64,000 nucleotides of DNA from Azolla caroliniana (Eukaryota > Plantae > Polypodiophyta), in NCBI GenBank assembly GCA_043228905.1, contig JBHGNT010000004.1:15996001-16060000 (forward strand). The letters are read 5' to 3'. Within the stretch, counting starts at the first letter, position 1; each line of letters opens with the position of its first letter. This document shows positions 19,441 to 30,835 of this stretch, one piece after another. Position numbers and translations under genes: made by a program. Below the pieces are notes generated by a model. The model was not told the origin of the DNA, made no database searches, and saw only the letters and a list, made by a program, of their open reading frames with translations.

Positions 19441-20020
19441 CGAACACCTTCAGTACGCACAAAGGATATTGCGTAACATCCATAGGACAAAGGATAGGGC
19501 ATCGCTATATCGGGAAGGATTATCCGAGCAGTTAGTCGGTTACACGGATGTCGATTGAGGCAGAAATGTTGGCAATTGGAGATCAACATCTGGATATGCA
19601 TTTTCATTGGGAAGTGCGGCGATCGCATGGAGCAGTAAAAAGCAGCCAACAATGGCACAATGAAGCACGGAGGCTGAGTATCGAGGAGCGGCTATCGCTA
19701 CGTGCGAAGTCATCTGGCTGAACAGGCTACTCAAGGATCTACAGGTGGTGGTGTCGGATCCAACTAAGATCTACTGCGACAACCTCATCAACATCCAACT
19801 TGCGAAGAACCCCATCTTCCACGCTTGGACCAAACACATTGAGGTGCACTACCATTTTGTCCACGAGCGTCTCCTCTCCAGTAAAGTTGAATTAGTATAT
19901 GTTCTGACGGATCAGCAAAGTGCTGACATCTTCACTAAGCCCCTTGGTCTCGACAAGTTGCGGCATTTCTCAAGTGCGCTTGGATTGTGGCACCTCGACG
20001 TGCCAAACTTGAGGGGGAGA
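19441..20020 (+). pseudogene. Copia RT C-terminus/RNase H remnant
   Basis: RSTSGYAF...AWSSKKQPT, IYCDN, TKHIEVHYHFV, ADIFTKPLG. Confidence 0.85.
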
Positions 20021-20745
20021 AAAGACAAGGAAAGGGAGCAGGAATGGAGCAACCGAAGCGAAGAGTCGGAGTCAGCCAAACAAGGGGGAGATGAAGTGAA
20101 GAAGGGCAAGAAGGGCAAGACCAAGACATGGTCTGATCTGGTTAAGGGCTTGAAGACAGAAGACGAATTGGAGACAGCCAATTCGGGCAAGAGTGGAAAC
20201 GAATCAGAGATAGTCGATTCAGTTCGAATGTTCAATTTGGAGACACCGAATCAACTGAACGCCAAGCAGAGGAAAGGAACATGTTTGCATTCACAAGTGG
20301 AAGGATCACGTATTCCACTTATACATTCCTTTTCTAATCTTGCGGTTTTAGGCGATTTTCAGAAACTTGATACACCAATATCACATTTTTTAAATAGCAT
20401 GTAAAATTTGTTAATTTTTGGAGATTTAACAAGTTTCAAAATGATAATTTTTAAAATTGAATAGCTTTTCAATAAATGCTTAAACGTTGATGGTTTGGAA
20501 ATATGAAATGTAGTTAACTTAAGGAAAATCACAATGGTTAACTTAACACACAAGTTAAGATTAATGGTTTCACCATCTTGAGAAGATGTAGGTTCCAGAA
20601 GTGGAACTTACATCTATTGTTAGACTTGAAAATGTTTTAAGTATAAGAGGTAACATTGTAATCCCTAATGCCATCATCTATAAATTTAGTGCTCATTAAC
20701 ATCCATATTTAATTCACAACTCAAGAAATGTATACAATATTCATA

Positions 20746-20899
20746 AACAATTTTGATAAATCCATAACTCCTAAAATGTAGATGATATTCAATTTTGATA
20801 AATCCATAACAATTTTGATAAATCCATAACTCCTAAAATGTAGATGATATTCAATTTTGATAAATCCATAACAATTTTGATAAATCCATAACTCCTAAA
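20746..20899 (+). repeat. 62-bp tandem repeat (~2.5 copies) with 20-bp subunit CAATTTTGATAAATCCATAA x5
   Basis: Direct inspection. Confidence 0.85.
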
Positions 20900-21025
20900 C
20901 TGTCAAAACAACCAAACTTAGATGTAAACATTAATATATCAATTTGAACATATCACATACTTATCAAGGTATCCACAATGCTCTCCTCTTCTTCATTTTG
21001 AGAGTTCCCCTATAAAATTTGCGAA

Positions 21026-22486
21026 GTAAATGGCATTTGCAACGTTCAATTACCATTAACACAATTATTAATGGTTTTTGTTAATCAAGGAAGCACATGC
21101 TCACCATAAGGTGTGTTGTTGTGCAACACAATTCTTTACAACATCGATATGCATATTTTACTCTTGTCAAAATAGATATTTTAGTACAATTCGAGTTCAT
21201 GTAAACCCTAAACCTCTTTTATTTGAAAAAAAAAAAGATTTCTAAACATGAACTCCATACATTGTATTGAGTTGATGTAAAAACAGAGTTTTCATCACAA
21301 TTCCATACAATGTATCAAATTTATGTTCAAAGTTTATTTTCCCAAATTTAAAAAAATAAACAAATAAACAAATCGAACTAGACTTTATAAAAAAACCAGA
21401 TTTTTCACCACAATTCAATACAATGTACATAGTTCATGTTTAAAGTAATTTTTTAAATTTTTTTCTCACTTTGTTTTTATTTTTTTAATTTGTTTTTGTT
21501 TTTATTTATTTTATTTTTATTTTATTTTCTGGAAAAAAAAAACTTTAAACATGAATTTGATATATTGTATCGACTTGTGATGAAAACTCTGGTTTTTTCA
21601 TCATTCCAACTTTTAAAAAAAAAAAAACAAAAGGACCCAAAATAAATAGAAAAAAACCAAAATTGTTTTTTTTTAAATCCCCAAAAAAATCTTTTAAACA
21701 TGAACTCGATACACTATTTCGAATTCATGTGAAAAAGTCAGCTTTTCAACAAGAACTCCATACAATGTATCGAGTTGGTCTTGAAAACTTTGTTTTTCAA
21801 CACGAATCGGATACATTGTATCGAGTTCGGCTTATCAAGTTCGTGTTTAAAAATAGAGTTTTCAACATGAACTCAATACATTGTATCGAGTTCATGTTAC
21901 TTCTTTTTTTTTTATTGTTTTCGATCTATTTTGGGTCTTTTTTCTTTCTTTTTTTGGAAGTGATGAAAAAACTAGAGTTTTCATCACAAGTTGATACAAT
22001 GTATCAAATTCATGTTTAATTTTATTTTTTTTCAAAAAACAAATAATAAATAAAATATCCAAAAAATTTGAAAAAATTACTTCAAAAATGAACTCTATAC
22101 ATTGTATTGAATTGTGGTGAAAAAACTGGTTTTTTCATCAATTCAAGCTCAATTGTTTTATTTTATTTTATTTTCAAATATGAGAAAAAAACTTTGAACA
22201 TGAATTTGATACATTGTATCAACTTGTGATGAAAACTCTGTTTTTACATCAACTTGATATAATGTATGGTGTTCATGTTTAGAAATCATCTTTTTATTCA
22301 AATAAAAGAGGTTTAGGTTTACATGAACTCAAATTCGGTTTTTACAAGAGAAAAAGATGCATATCGATACTGCAAAGAAGTATGTTGCAGAACAAGACAC
22401 CTTATGGTGAACATGTGCTTCATTGATTAACAAAAAACCATTAAGAATTGTGTTGGTGGTAATTGAACCTTGCAAATGCCATTTAC
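21026..22486. repeat. ~1.46-kb foldback (long inverted repeat) built from ~31-bp palindromic subunits
   Basis: GTAAATGGCATTTGCAA...TTGCAAATGCCATTTAC ends; arms stay complementary for several hundred bp; repeated CATGAACTCGATACAwTGTATCGAGTTCATG-like units. Confidence 0.85.
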
Positions 22487-22721
22487 GTGGTGTGTAAAAT
22501 ATTCTCGTGGTTCTTAATCACCACTTCAAGCACTTAATGTTGATCTTCATAGTTTGGTTCATCTACATCAGAGAAACATTTATGTGGAACTAAGGATAAC
22601 AACATGAGCATAACTCAAGTGACAAGGAAACTTGCAAGAACTCAAGGTGGGGATACTAATAGCTACACATGTAGATGGCCATCACCTAGGGCACCAATTC
22701 TGCATTGGTAAAGTTTTGGAC

Positions 22722-23067
22722 GTGGTGATGCATTAAACTTTTGTGATACATCTATCATTGACATTAGTGAGGTGGATATCATTGGGTATGACTTTACACT
22801 GACAAAAGTGGTGATGCATTAAACTTTTGTGATACATCTATCATTGACATTAGTGAGGTGGATATCATTGGGTATGACTTTACACTGACAAAAGTGGTGA
22901 TGCATTAAACTTTTGTGATACATCTATCATTGACATTAGTGAGGTGGATATCATTGGGTATGACTTTACACTGACAAAAGTGGTGATGCATTAAACTTTT
23001 GTGATACATCTATCATTGACATTAGTGAGGTGGATATCATTGGGTGTGACTTTACACTGACAAAAGT
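22722..23067 (+). repeat. 86-bp tandem repeat, 4 near-identical copies
   Basis: GTGGTGATGCATTAAAC... at 22722, 22808, 22894, 22980. Confidence 0.95.
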
Positions 23068-23851
23068 TGGATCTTTAAGGACGACAATGATAGACATAAT
23101 AAAAAAGATATTACCAAGGCTAGAAGATATCTCAAATTGAAGGTGAACAAGATTTACTGCACACAATTTGGAGACGCCATTTAGTGAATACAATGATTCG
23201 ATTGGTACATTTGAAAATGAGGAAGAGTCACAATTGTATATTAGCTATAGTAGTGATTCTCAGGAAAGGAATGATGATAGTGATGCAAATAACTCTTAAA
23301 TGTATTTTTTGTGCAACGATATGTAAGAAATTTAGACAATATTTTATCGAATGAAATAAAAAAGTTGATTGTTTCAAAATCTTTCGCTTATGATTTCGTT
23401 AGGATCTAAAATACTACTAGTTGTAATTTCTCCTTAAAACTACACAAAGTTACTTTTCATATTTGGCCAAAATTTGGCATTTTTCAATTTTACCAAATGG
23501 TGAAAATTTTAGCTTTTTCATCAAGTTTTTGAGAACATGTGATACTAGTATCAAGGTGTTTTGTGAAATGGCCAAAAAAGCCCCAAAATCAAACGGAATA
23601 TTCATTATCCTTCCATTTGTGCATGATCCTTCCAATTGTGAATGCGAATGTGTTAAGGGCAACGGAAGAGGCGCCAATACCGCGACAACAAGGGAGCTGA
23701 GAAAGGCCACACCAGCAGACAAGCCGACCGAAAGAGTTGAGGCACGCGGAATCGAACGGGTCGAGGAGTGCGAGCGAAGTGTGAAGCTAGGAGAAGCCAG
23801 AGCGAAGATCCAGAGGAGTAAGCGGAACCTCAAGTTGAGCTTGAGTGGGAG

Positions 23852-24261
23852 TGTTGAGATACAAGCTCAACATTGGGTGAGTAATCCAATGCCTATACTA
23901 GGTGTGTAAACCGAGTGCGCAACGAGAGGTCGTAGCGGTGCGTAAACGGGGAGGTCGTTGGATAGATATTCCGTAGAGGAATATATTTTGGGAGTTAGTG
24001 TAGGGGCTCATTGATGAGCATTGAAGTATGAGTCAATACTACTGTCAGTCCGTATGGACTTGTATAAAACTGGTCTCTGAGCACATCCTATGTACAGAGT
24101 TTTAGAGTATTGTTTTAAAATAGAGTTTTCTGTGTTCTGATCTCTCTGTCTCTCCCGAGTACGTTGTGTTGATTAAGCTTTCCATTAAATCTTCCTTGTC
24201 TCTTTGTCTTTTGTCTGTTGTTACCCGGTTGAGTTTGTCTACCCGCATGTATTCTTTTACA
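23852..24261 (+). repeat. Copia 3' LTR
   Basis: PPT then TGTTG...TTACA. Confidence 0.7.
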
Positions 24262-24695
24262 AATAGTTCCACTTCACCGGAGACAACGTGCTCTCAGACA
24301 AAATGATAGTGCCCCTCGATGTGCTTTGTCCGGACGTGAAAGACGGGGTTCTTAGCCAAGTGGATGTTGCTGAGGTTGTCATAGTAGATCATAATGGGAT
24401 CAGACACCTCCACACGCACATCCTTGAGTAGCCTTTTTAGCAATATGACTTCACACTTTGCAACATCCGCTCCTCGGTACTCGGCCTTGGTGCTCGACAG
24501 TGCCACTATCGGTTGCTTTTTCCTGCTCTAGGCAACCGCGATGCTTCCAAGTGAAAACACATATCCAGATGTAGACCTGCGGTCGCCGGCATTTCCCGCC
24601 CAATCGGCATCCGCATGGCCCACAAGTTGTTAAGCTACACTGGCCTGATATAGCAAGCCCTGGTCCTTAGTGCCAGTAACATATCTCCGGATTCG
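24262..24695 (-). pseudogene. Copia RNase H fragment (minus strand)
   Basis: ALSSTKAEY, YDNLSNIHLAKNPVFHVRTKHIEGHYHFV. Confidence 0.85.
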
Positions 24696-24749
24696 ACAAT
24701 TGGTACCCGATAGAAGCCACTGCCCTTCTTTGCCACCCGGATCGGCCTC

Positions 24750-26720
24750 ATGGGCGTGGAGGACGAGGTGGATTGGCACGCAATAGCAACGGCCGACAAG
24801 AGTAGAATCAAAGGCCCGAAGATAGTGCCAAGGGGGAGTCAAAGCAGAGCTGGAAACCAGCAATCAAAGACCGAAACGAAATGTTGGTATTGTGGCAAGA
24901 AAGGCCACCGAGAGAGTGAGTGCTGGAAGAAGTGCGCCGATTCGGATAAATCCGGATCTAGAAAATCTGGACATGGGAACCGGCAAAGCTCACACTACAC
25001 AGACGGATCGGAAGGATTCGGAACCGTTAAGACCGGAAAACAACCAAGCTTTGTGATGAAGCACAAAGCGAACTCAATATAGAAGACAAATTCCGGATCA
25101 GAGGAAGTGTGGTACGTTGACTTCGGAACATCTAACCACATGACGAGCCAGGAAGAGTGGTTCTCATTTCTAGAAAAGTCGGAGCAACCGGGAGTTGTCG
25201 AAACCGAAGACGACACTCCTCGCCCGATAGTGCATGTCAGAGAAGTCTCCTTGAGTCATGTTAGACAACAAGGGAAGATTGTGAACGTGCTTGATGTGCC
25301 AAAAATCACAAAGAACCTAGTGTCGGTTGGTCAGATCATCGACCAGGGGATGAAGGTGTGGTTTATGCAGCTCAGGTGCTTCATTGAGGAAGAGGGTTAG
25401 ATCATTGCACAAGGGCTCCAGGACGGGAGGATGTTAATCCTCGACACCAACGACGTGGCACTGCCTTGTTCGCAAAAGGACAGAAAGTAGAGTCGAATAT
25501 CGACTTGTGGCACAAGCGGATTGGCAACGTCAACTATCAGAGGCTTCAAGACCTACAATCGAAATAGGTTATTTTCGGATTGGCACAATTTAGTGGCCAG
25601 AAGGTCCAAATTTCTAAGGCCTTCTAGCTCGGGAAGCAACATGGACTTCTGTTCCCCATCGAAAGAAACTGGAGTCGTAACAAGCTCGACCTGATAAATT
25701 CAGATGTATGGGGACCGACACAGAACGTTAGTCTAGGCGGGAGCTAAGATTTCGTCTCCTTCATTGATGACTACAGCCAGCACACATGGATCTACCTCAT
25801 AGAGAAGAAAAGTGAAGTCTTCGACTCTTTCCGAAACCTTCACAGTCTTATTGAATGGGAAACGGAGAGGAAGATCAAGTGCCTGCGATCGAATGGCGGA
25901 AAAGAATACTTTTCTGGCCAATTCAACAGTTATCTGCAACAAAAGGGAATTCAGAAAGAATTCAATTGCAGATACAAACCGGAATAAAACGGTCTATTAT
26001 GGAGGCGGCACGAGCCATGTTGGAGGAGAAGAGCATGCCCAAGTTCTACTGGGCTGAAGCAGTCCAGACGGTCGTCTACATCCAAAACCGGATCGGGGAT
26101 AAGGTGTCAACACATGAGGTATATTTCGAGCACAAGACAAATTTAAGACACCTTAGCATATTTGGTAGCATAGCCTATGTGGATGTACCAGATCAGAAGC
26201 GGAGAAAGTTAGATCCGAAGTTGGAAAAGTGTATCCTTCTCGGCTACTCACATGAGCAAAAAGGTTATAAGGGCTATAACCTCCGAACAAAACAAGTTCG
26301 AGTGAGCCGAGATGTCGAATTTGATGAGTGGGCAACATGGTACTGTCTGCCAACTACGACCCCCGATTCCGACCCGATCTCGGAGGATGAGGCCAATGAG
26401 CCCGAAACGATCCGGGCACAATATGAGGAAGGATTCGGCACTCTGGATGAGAGTCCGATCTCCTTCCGGTTGAGTGGGCTGAATGAGCGACTGAGTCGGA
26501 ATGACGAGTCAGATGAGGAGTCGGCGAGTAGTGGAGACTCAGTCATGCTTTCCCCACGTAAGCAACTGAGTAGATGGTTCATACACAAAGAGAAGGGGAA
26601 GAAGAAGATGCCAGAATAAGACACCGACAAAGATGAGTCGGATCAGAGCAAGTTCGATTCCGGAAAGAACAAAGACGGATCTTCAAAATAGAAGTTTGAG
26701 TCGCCCAAGAGGCCCCAGAA
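24750..26720 (+). pseudogene. Copia gag knuckle-protease-integrase fragment
   Basis: CWYCGKKGHRESEC, WYVDFGTSNHMT, MEAARAML...FWAEAV-like, KLDPK...VSRDVEFDE. Confidence 0.88.
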
Positions 26721-26756
26721 ATTGGCCGAGCAAAATTGCGTTGAGAATTTACCATA

Positions 26757-26885
26757 CATGACCATATAATATCCCGTGGTGAGAATTTACCGTAGTATTC
26801 TATACACGTGGATAAGTGTGAGGGTTAAACGAGAGTGTAAAGAATACTACGGTAAATTCTCACCATGGGATATTATATGGTCATG
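26757..26885. repeat. Short hairpin (~45-bp arms), MITE-like
   Basis: CATGACCATAATATCCCGTGGTGAGAATTTACCGTAGTATTCT / AGAATACTACGGTAAATTCTCACCATGGGATATTATATGGTCATG. Confidence 0.8.
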
Positions 26886-27592
26886 CCCGTAACACCACTC
26901 TAGGTGATTTCACAACGGGAGAGAACCTCTAGCGGAACATATAGACATGCCCTTTATTGGCCACACCTTGAGGTGACATAAATACAATTTTGATGAAATA
27001 AATGCATTAAATAGTATGACAAAACACAATAATTCTAATGTTCACGTTTATGTATGGTATATGATAACAACCTCCTTGGATCATTGAAATGGGTACACCC
27101 AAAATATAGGAATTGAACCATACCCACCTATGAACAGTTACCTTGTGAAGCCAAAAAAGGAATAAATGAATAAATTCCGTAAACCATTATCGGACAACAA
27201 GATGGACAATGGATAAATCATTGCTTAATAGTTGATCTCATTACTCATACATGAGAAGAGACAAGGGACAGAAAATTGGGATGTAAGTTTATCTCATTAC
27301 TCATAATATATAAAAATATGTAGAAATTTAATTAAAAGCTACATTGCAAGTGGTATATGAAGTATAGGACACAACGAGTGGCGCATGAATGTACAATATT
27401 GGTAATCTTGAATTTATTGCATCATATCATCTTCAAGTTCTTCTTCTCACATATGTATATCTTGAACATATATACATTTTATGATATTGATGGATGAAGA
27501 TAAGTACTTTGAGGCTAAATGAGAGAGAGAAGTTAAACGGTGAAGACCATATATTTAGGTCCACTTAGAGCCCAAGAATAACTCCATTGATC

Positions 27593-27612
27593 GAGAGAGA
27601 GAGAGAGAGAGA
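27593..27612 (+). repeat. (GA)n microsatellite
   Basis: GAGAGA run. Confidence 0.85.
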
Positions 27613-28034
27613 TATTGTTTAATGGACTTTGTGGGATACCACAATAACTCCATAGGCTGAATGGAAAGTTGATTTGACAATTTTCACAACTATGTTGTAT
27701 GGGGATGTTGTCCCAAGATGAGGTAAATTTATGTCATCTAATAGTACTGCACTTGAGAGGGTTTACCTTGCCATATCACTACTAATGAAGTAGTGGAGAT
27801 ATCAAGGGTTGTATTATCATCTACTTTTTATAACAAACATAGATTTATGAAAAATAAAGAGTAAACGTGAGAAAAAGAGAGATATAAATCTTTAATTCCC
27901 ACAAGAGGTTAGTGTGATAAAATAGACGAAAATGAATTCAAGGTGCCTACTTTGGTGTTGAAAATGAATTCCCAACATAGAGGGGAGCGGCATATTATGA
28001 CTACATGTATTATGGTTTTTCCATACTAGAAAAT

Positions 28035-29477
28035 TTACTCTAGCATAAATTGAAGAGCATGAATGACATGCGGTAGATTTGAGAGTTTTGCATAAACAGG
28101 GTATCTATGAATGCAATCATGCCATGGATTATCTTCTAGAATAGGTTCATTGAATGTTCTTAAGATTGTCCAAACTGCACTATTACATTTAAATCCTGAG
28201 CCCAACCCAATTTGCCATACCTTATCCCCAACCTGAAGTCTCTTCTTAGCTTCAATATATGCCAATTCATACCATATCCCACAACAAGATGTATTGCCAA
28301 ACCTATGCAAACCCATCAATGAAGGTTCTATGTCATAATCACTTAAGGCCAGACTCTTCCCTACCCCTTCTATGATAGCCTTGCTCCCTGGATGAATGCA
28401 AAAGTGATCGAAAGAAAGCTTGAAATTGGGTACATATTCTTTCACATGGTTCATCTTCAGCAACCCTCTCTTCAATTTGTTCATCCCGACTTTTAATAAC
28501 TCCCACAAAGGTAAAACCTTTGGAGCAATTTTTGTCATGTTGACACGAATTGCTCTTGTTGCAACATTTATGAGATTAGGGTGTAGCTTTGCCCCTAGAA
28601 CTCCCTCTGCATCTTCCTTCACAATGACCACATTGTGGGCCTCGTCATCGGATGCTATGTTCACCCTGACTAGGTGTGTCAATTGCATCTTACATATGGG
28701 CTTATCTTTGGGGTTGTTAGACATAAGGATTGCATTACCTGCACTCCGAAACAAGCAATTTGTCACCATCATTGATCTATCGTTTCCATCATAGAGTTGT
28801 TGGAGCACTTCGGTAGACACTATGAGGGCATATCGTGGTAGGCCTCCTTTTCCTCGATTCCTAGAATCAAAGATTTTTGTCACAAGGTCAATAGAGATGA
28901 GGCTAGCAGAACATCCCATCCCACTTAAGTGGAATGATTTGATGTCTTGACGCATTTTAAAGTGGTGTACAAGAAGAGATGATAGTGAAGGGGTTGGGTT
29001 GAAAAGACCACTATTCACAATGAGGATATCAATGAGGTTTGGTGTGATTTGGGTTTTTCGGAGAAGTTTATCAACTGCACCAACTACTAGTATTTGAACT
29101 TGATTGTATGAAACTTGTATTGGGATGTGGCGTCCATATTCTAAGGTTTCTCTTGGGACATAGGCTTCCTCCCCAAGGCCCGACTTTAAGAAGACCTTGG
29201 TTTGAAACGTTAGATCCTTGGTAGACACTGATTTCAAGCCCTTCATGAAGTATAGTAGTACTTCTACATTTGTCTTTGCTTCCTCAGTATATTTCATACA
29301 CGCATAGTCCACAAGGTAAACCTCTGATCTTTTCTTCAACAATTCCAAGCATAAAATAATACCTATGAGGATGATAATATACATGAGTGCATGTAATCTT
29401 GTGGTTCCACGGATCATGTTCACATGTATCATATTATCTCCATACCAATGGAGATTCCAACAATCCACATGGTCCAT
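28035..29477 (-). CDS. KCS: 3-ketoacyl-CoA synthase (FAE1/CUT1-type VLCFA condensing enzyme), intronless, 480 aa
   Basis: N-terminal hydrophobic helix, VYLVDYAC, NPTPSLS, LSGMGCSAS (catalytic Cys), HFCIHPG (His), HRFGNTS (Asn), WYELAYIEAK, GSGFKCNSAVW. Confidence 0.95.
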   Translation of the reverse strand: MDHVDCWNLHWYGDNMIHVNMIRGTTRLHALMYIIILIGIILCLELLKKRSEVYLVDYACMKYTEEAKTNVEVLLYFMKGLKSVSTKDLTFQTKVFLKSGLGEEAYVPRETLEYGRHIPIQVSYNQVQILVVGAVDKLLRKTQITPNLIDILIVNSGLFNPTPSLSSLLVHHFKMRQDIKSFHLSGMGCSASLISIDLVTKIFDSRNRGKGGLPRYALIVSTEVLQQLYDGNDRSMMVTNCLFRSAGNAILMSNNPKDKPICKMQLTHLVRVNIASDDEAHNVVIVKEDAEGVLGAKLHPNLINVATRAIRVNMTKIAPKVLPLWELLKVGMNKLKRGLLKMNHVKEYVPNFKLSFDHFCIHPGSKAIIEGVGKSLALSDYDIEPSLMGLHRFGNTSCCGIWYELAYIEAKKRLQVGDKVWQIGLGSGFKCNSAVWTILRTFNEPILEDNPWHDCIHRYPVYAKLSNLPHVIHALQFMLE

Positions 29478-29667
29478 TGTATGTGAATGTGAATATGTAT
29501 GTGTATGTGTATGTTTATGTGTACACTAGGTTAAGGTATAAGGAGGTAACTAGAACCACATACTTATGATATTAAGCTTGTTGGGGTAGAATGACCTCTT
29601 CCCCTCTAGAAAAATGAATGAGGAAGACCATATGAATACCACATTACTTGAAACAAAAGTTAATACA

Positions 29668-29677
29668 TGCATTTATA
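29668..29677 (-). promoter_or_regulatory. Overlapping TATA-like TATAAAT and L1 box TAAATGCA upstream of KCS
   Basis: Minus strand TATAAATGCA about 190 bp 5' of the ATG; short motif that could occur by chance. Confidence 0.4.
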
Positions 29678-30814
29678 GAGAGTTATTATACATATATATA
29701 CTATACACTTTAATCACCATAAGGTTATCCTTCTATTTATAGTCTTAGCAAAGAGTTTGTTAGTTTAATACAACTACACAACACTTAATTTGGGAGTAAT
29801 TTTTTGGTTGACAATATTGAAAAGACGTACCGTATAGTGATGAAGAGAATATTTTAATTACATATGGTGTAGGTTACTAGGTTGTTGGTGTAGAGGTAAA
29901 GTGGTTGGTATATAACAAATAACGTGATAAAGAAATGGTTTGATGGATTTTCAAATATGATTTTTGGAGATTTGATTTTTAACAAACACTATGTATTGAA
30001 AACGATTGGCCATTCAATAAAAACAAGATGAAGGAACAAAAAAGGAAGTTAGTACAAAATGATGATTGGATAGAAGGAACAAAGTTCTATCAATGATAAA
30101 CACAATTTAAACATGGGAGAGACAAAAAGAAAACACAACATCAATCTAAATGATATAACTTATGGCTAGCATGAAACAAGGGGAAACAAAAGAAAGAAAT
30201 CCATAAATTGTTTGAAGCAATCACAATTAAGATAGAAATATATCAAATCACAACATACAAACTACATTGGCTAGTACAAATGGCATATTCATTGGATATT
30301 AAAAGAAGTTGATGCATTCAAAACATGTAACTTTATAATTTTGCATCACCCAAGCTTTTTTAATCATGCTTTCATAGACTACAAATGTAAAAAACATTAA
30401 AACCTTCATTATCTTTATTAAAAGGTATTTGGAAGTTAACCTATGTTCCTTTAGCCCTATCACGATACATTAGTTGGTAACCTCATTGTTTTAGTTGGAT
30501 AAGTAATTATCATTGTTCAATATGAATGGAACTTGTATTTGAATTTTTTTCTTCTTATATAAATTATTTAACCAATTTGCCAAAACATATGTGTGCTTCC
30601 CTTTATTTGTCTTCAATGTGAAATGGGGAATTGAAGCCAAAGGAAAGAGACTCGGCATTTCTATATACTTTGTTCTTGGACAAGCCAGTTATGGCACACT
30701 TGAGTGTACTTTGAATATATTGTCAATTTGGTTAACTATATAAAGTTATGGCAGAATAAGTACATTGATGTATGTTCTCCAAACATTACAAACAATTTTA
30801 TTAGCAAGATATGA

Positions 30815-30835
30815 TCTCTCTCTCTCTCTCTCTCT
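30815..30835 (+). repeat. (CT)n microsatellite
   Basis: CTCTCT run. Confidence 0.85.

Larger units (their letters stand above)
20278..23654. mobile_element. Non-autonomous TIR DNA element, ~33-bp imperfect TIRs, 4-bp TSD AAGG; superfamily unassigned
   Basis: Left AACATGTTTGCATTCACAAGTGGAAGGATCA vs reverse complement of right AACACATTCGCATTCACAATTGGAAGGATCA; AAGG at 20274-20277 and 23655-23658. Confidence 0.75.
18040..24261 (+). mobile_element. Degenerate, probably chimeric Ty1/Copia element (5' LTR tail 18040-18081, Met PBS 18083-18094, 3' LTR 23852-24261), interrupted by a TIR element
   Basis: TTGTATCAGAGC PBS; gag/PR/pre-INT then RNase H remnants; PPT GAGTGGGAG before TGTTG...TTACA LTR. 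Confidence 0.75.

Noticed and set aside
22722-23067. CRISPR array (also considered for the palindromic units at 21240-22280)
   Set aside because: Contiguous tandem copies without unique spacers in the first case, irregular low-complexity spacing in the second; no cas genes; eukaryotic DNA
23450-23909. Overlapping 148-aa and 127-aa ORFs as host genes
   Set aside because: They straddle the TIR element end and the Copia 3' UTR/LTR; chimeric chance ORFs
28420-28794. 124-aa ORF antisense to KCS
   Set aside because: Shadow ORF of the KCS coding strand with no independent support
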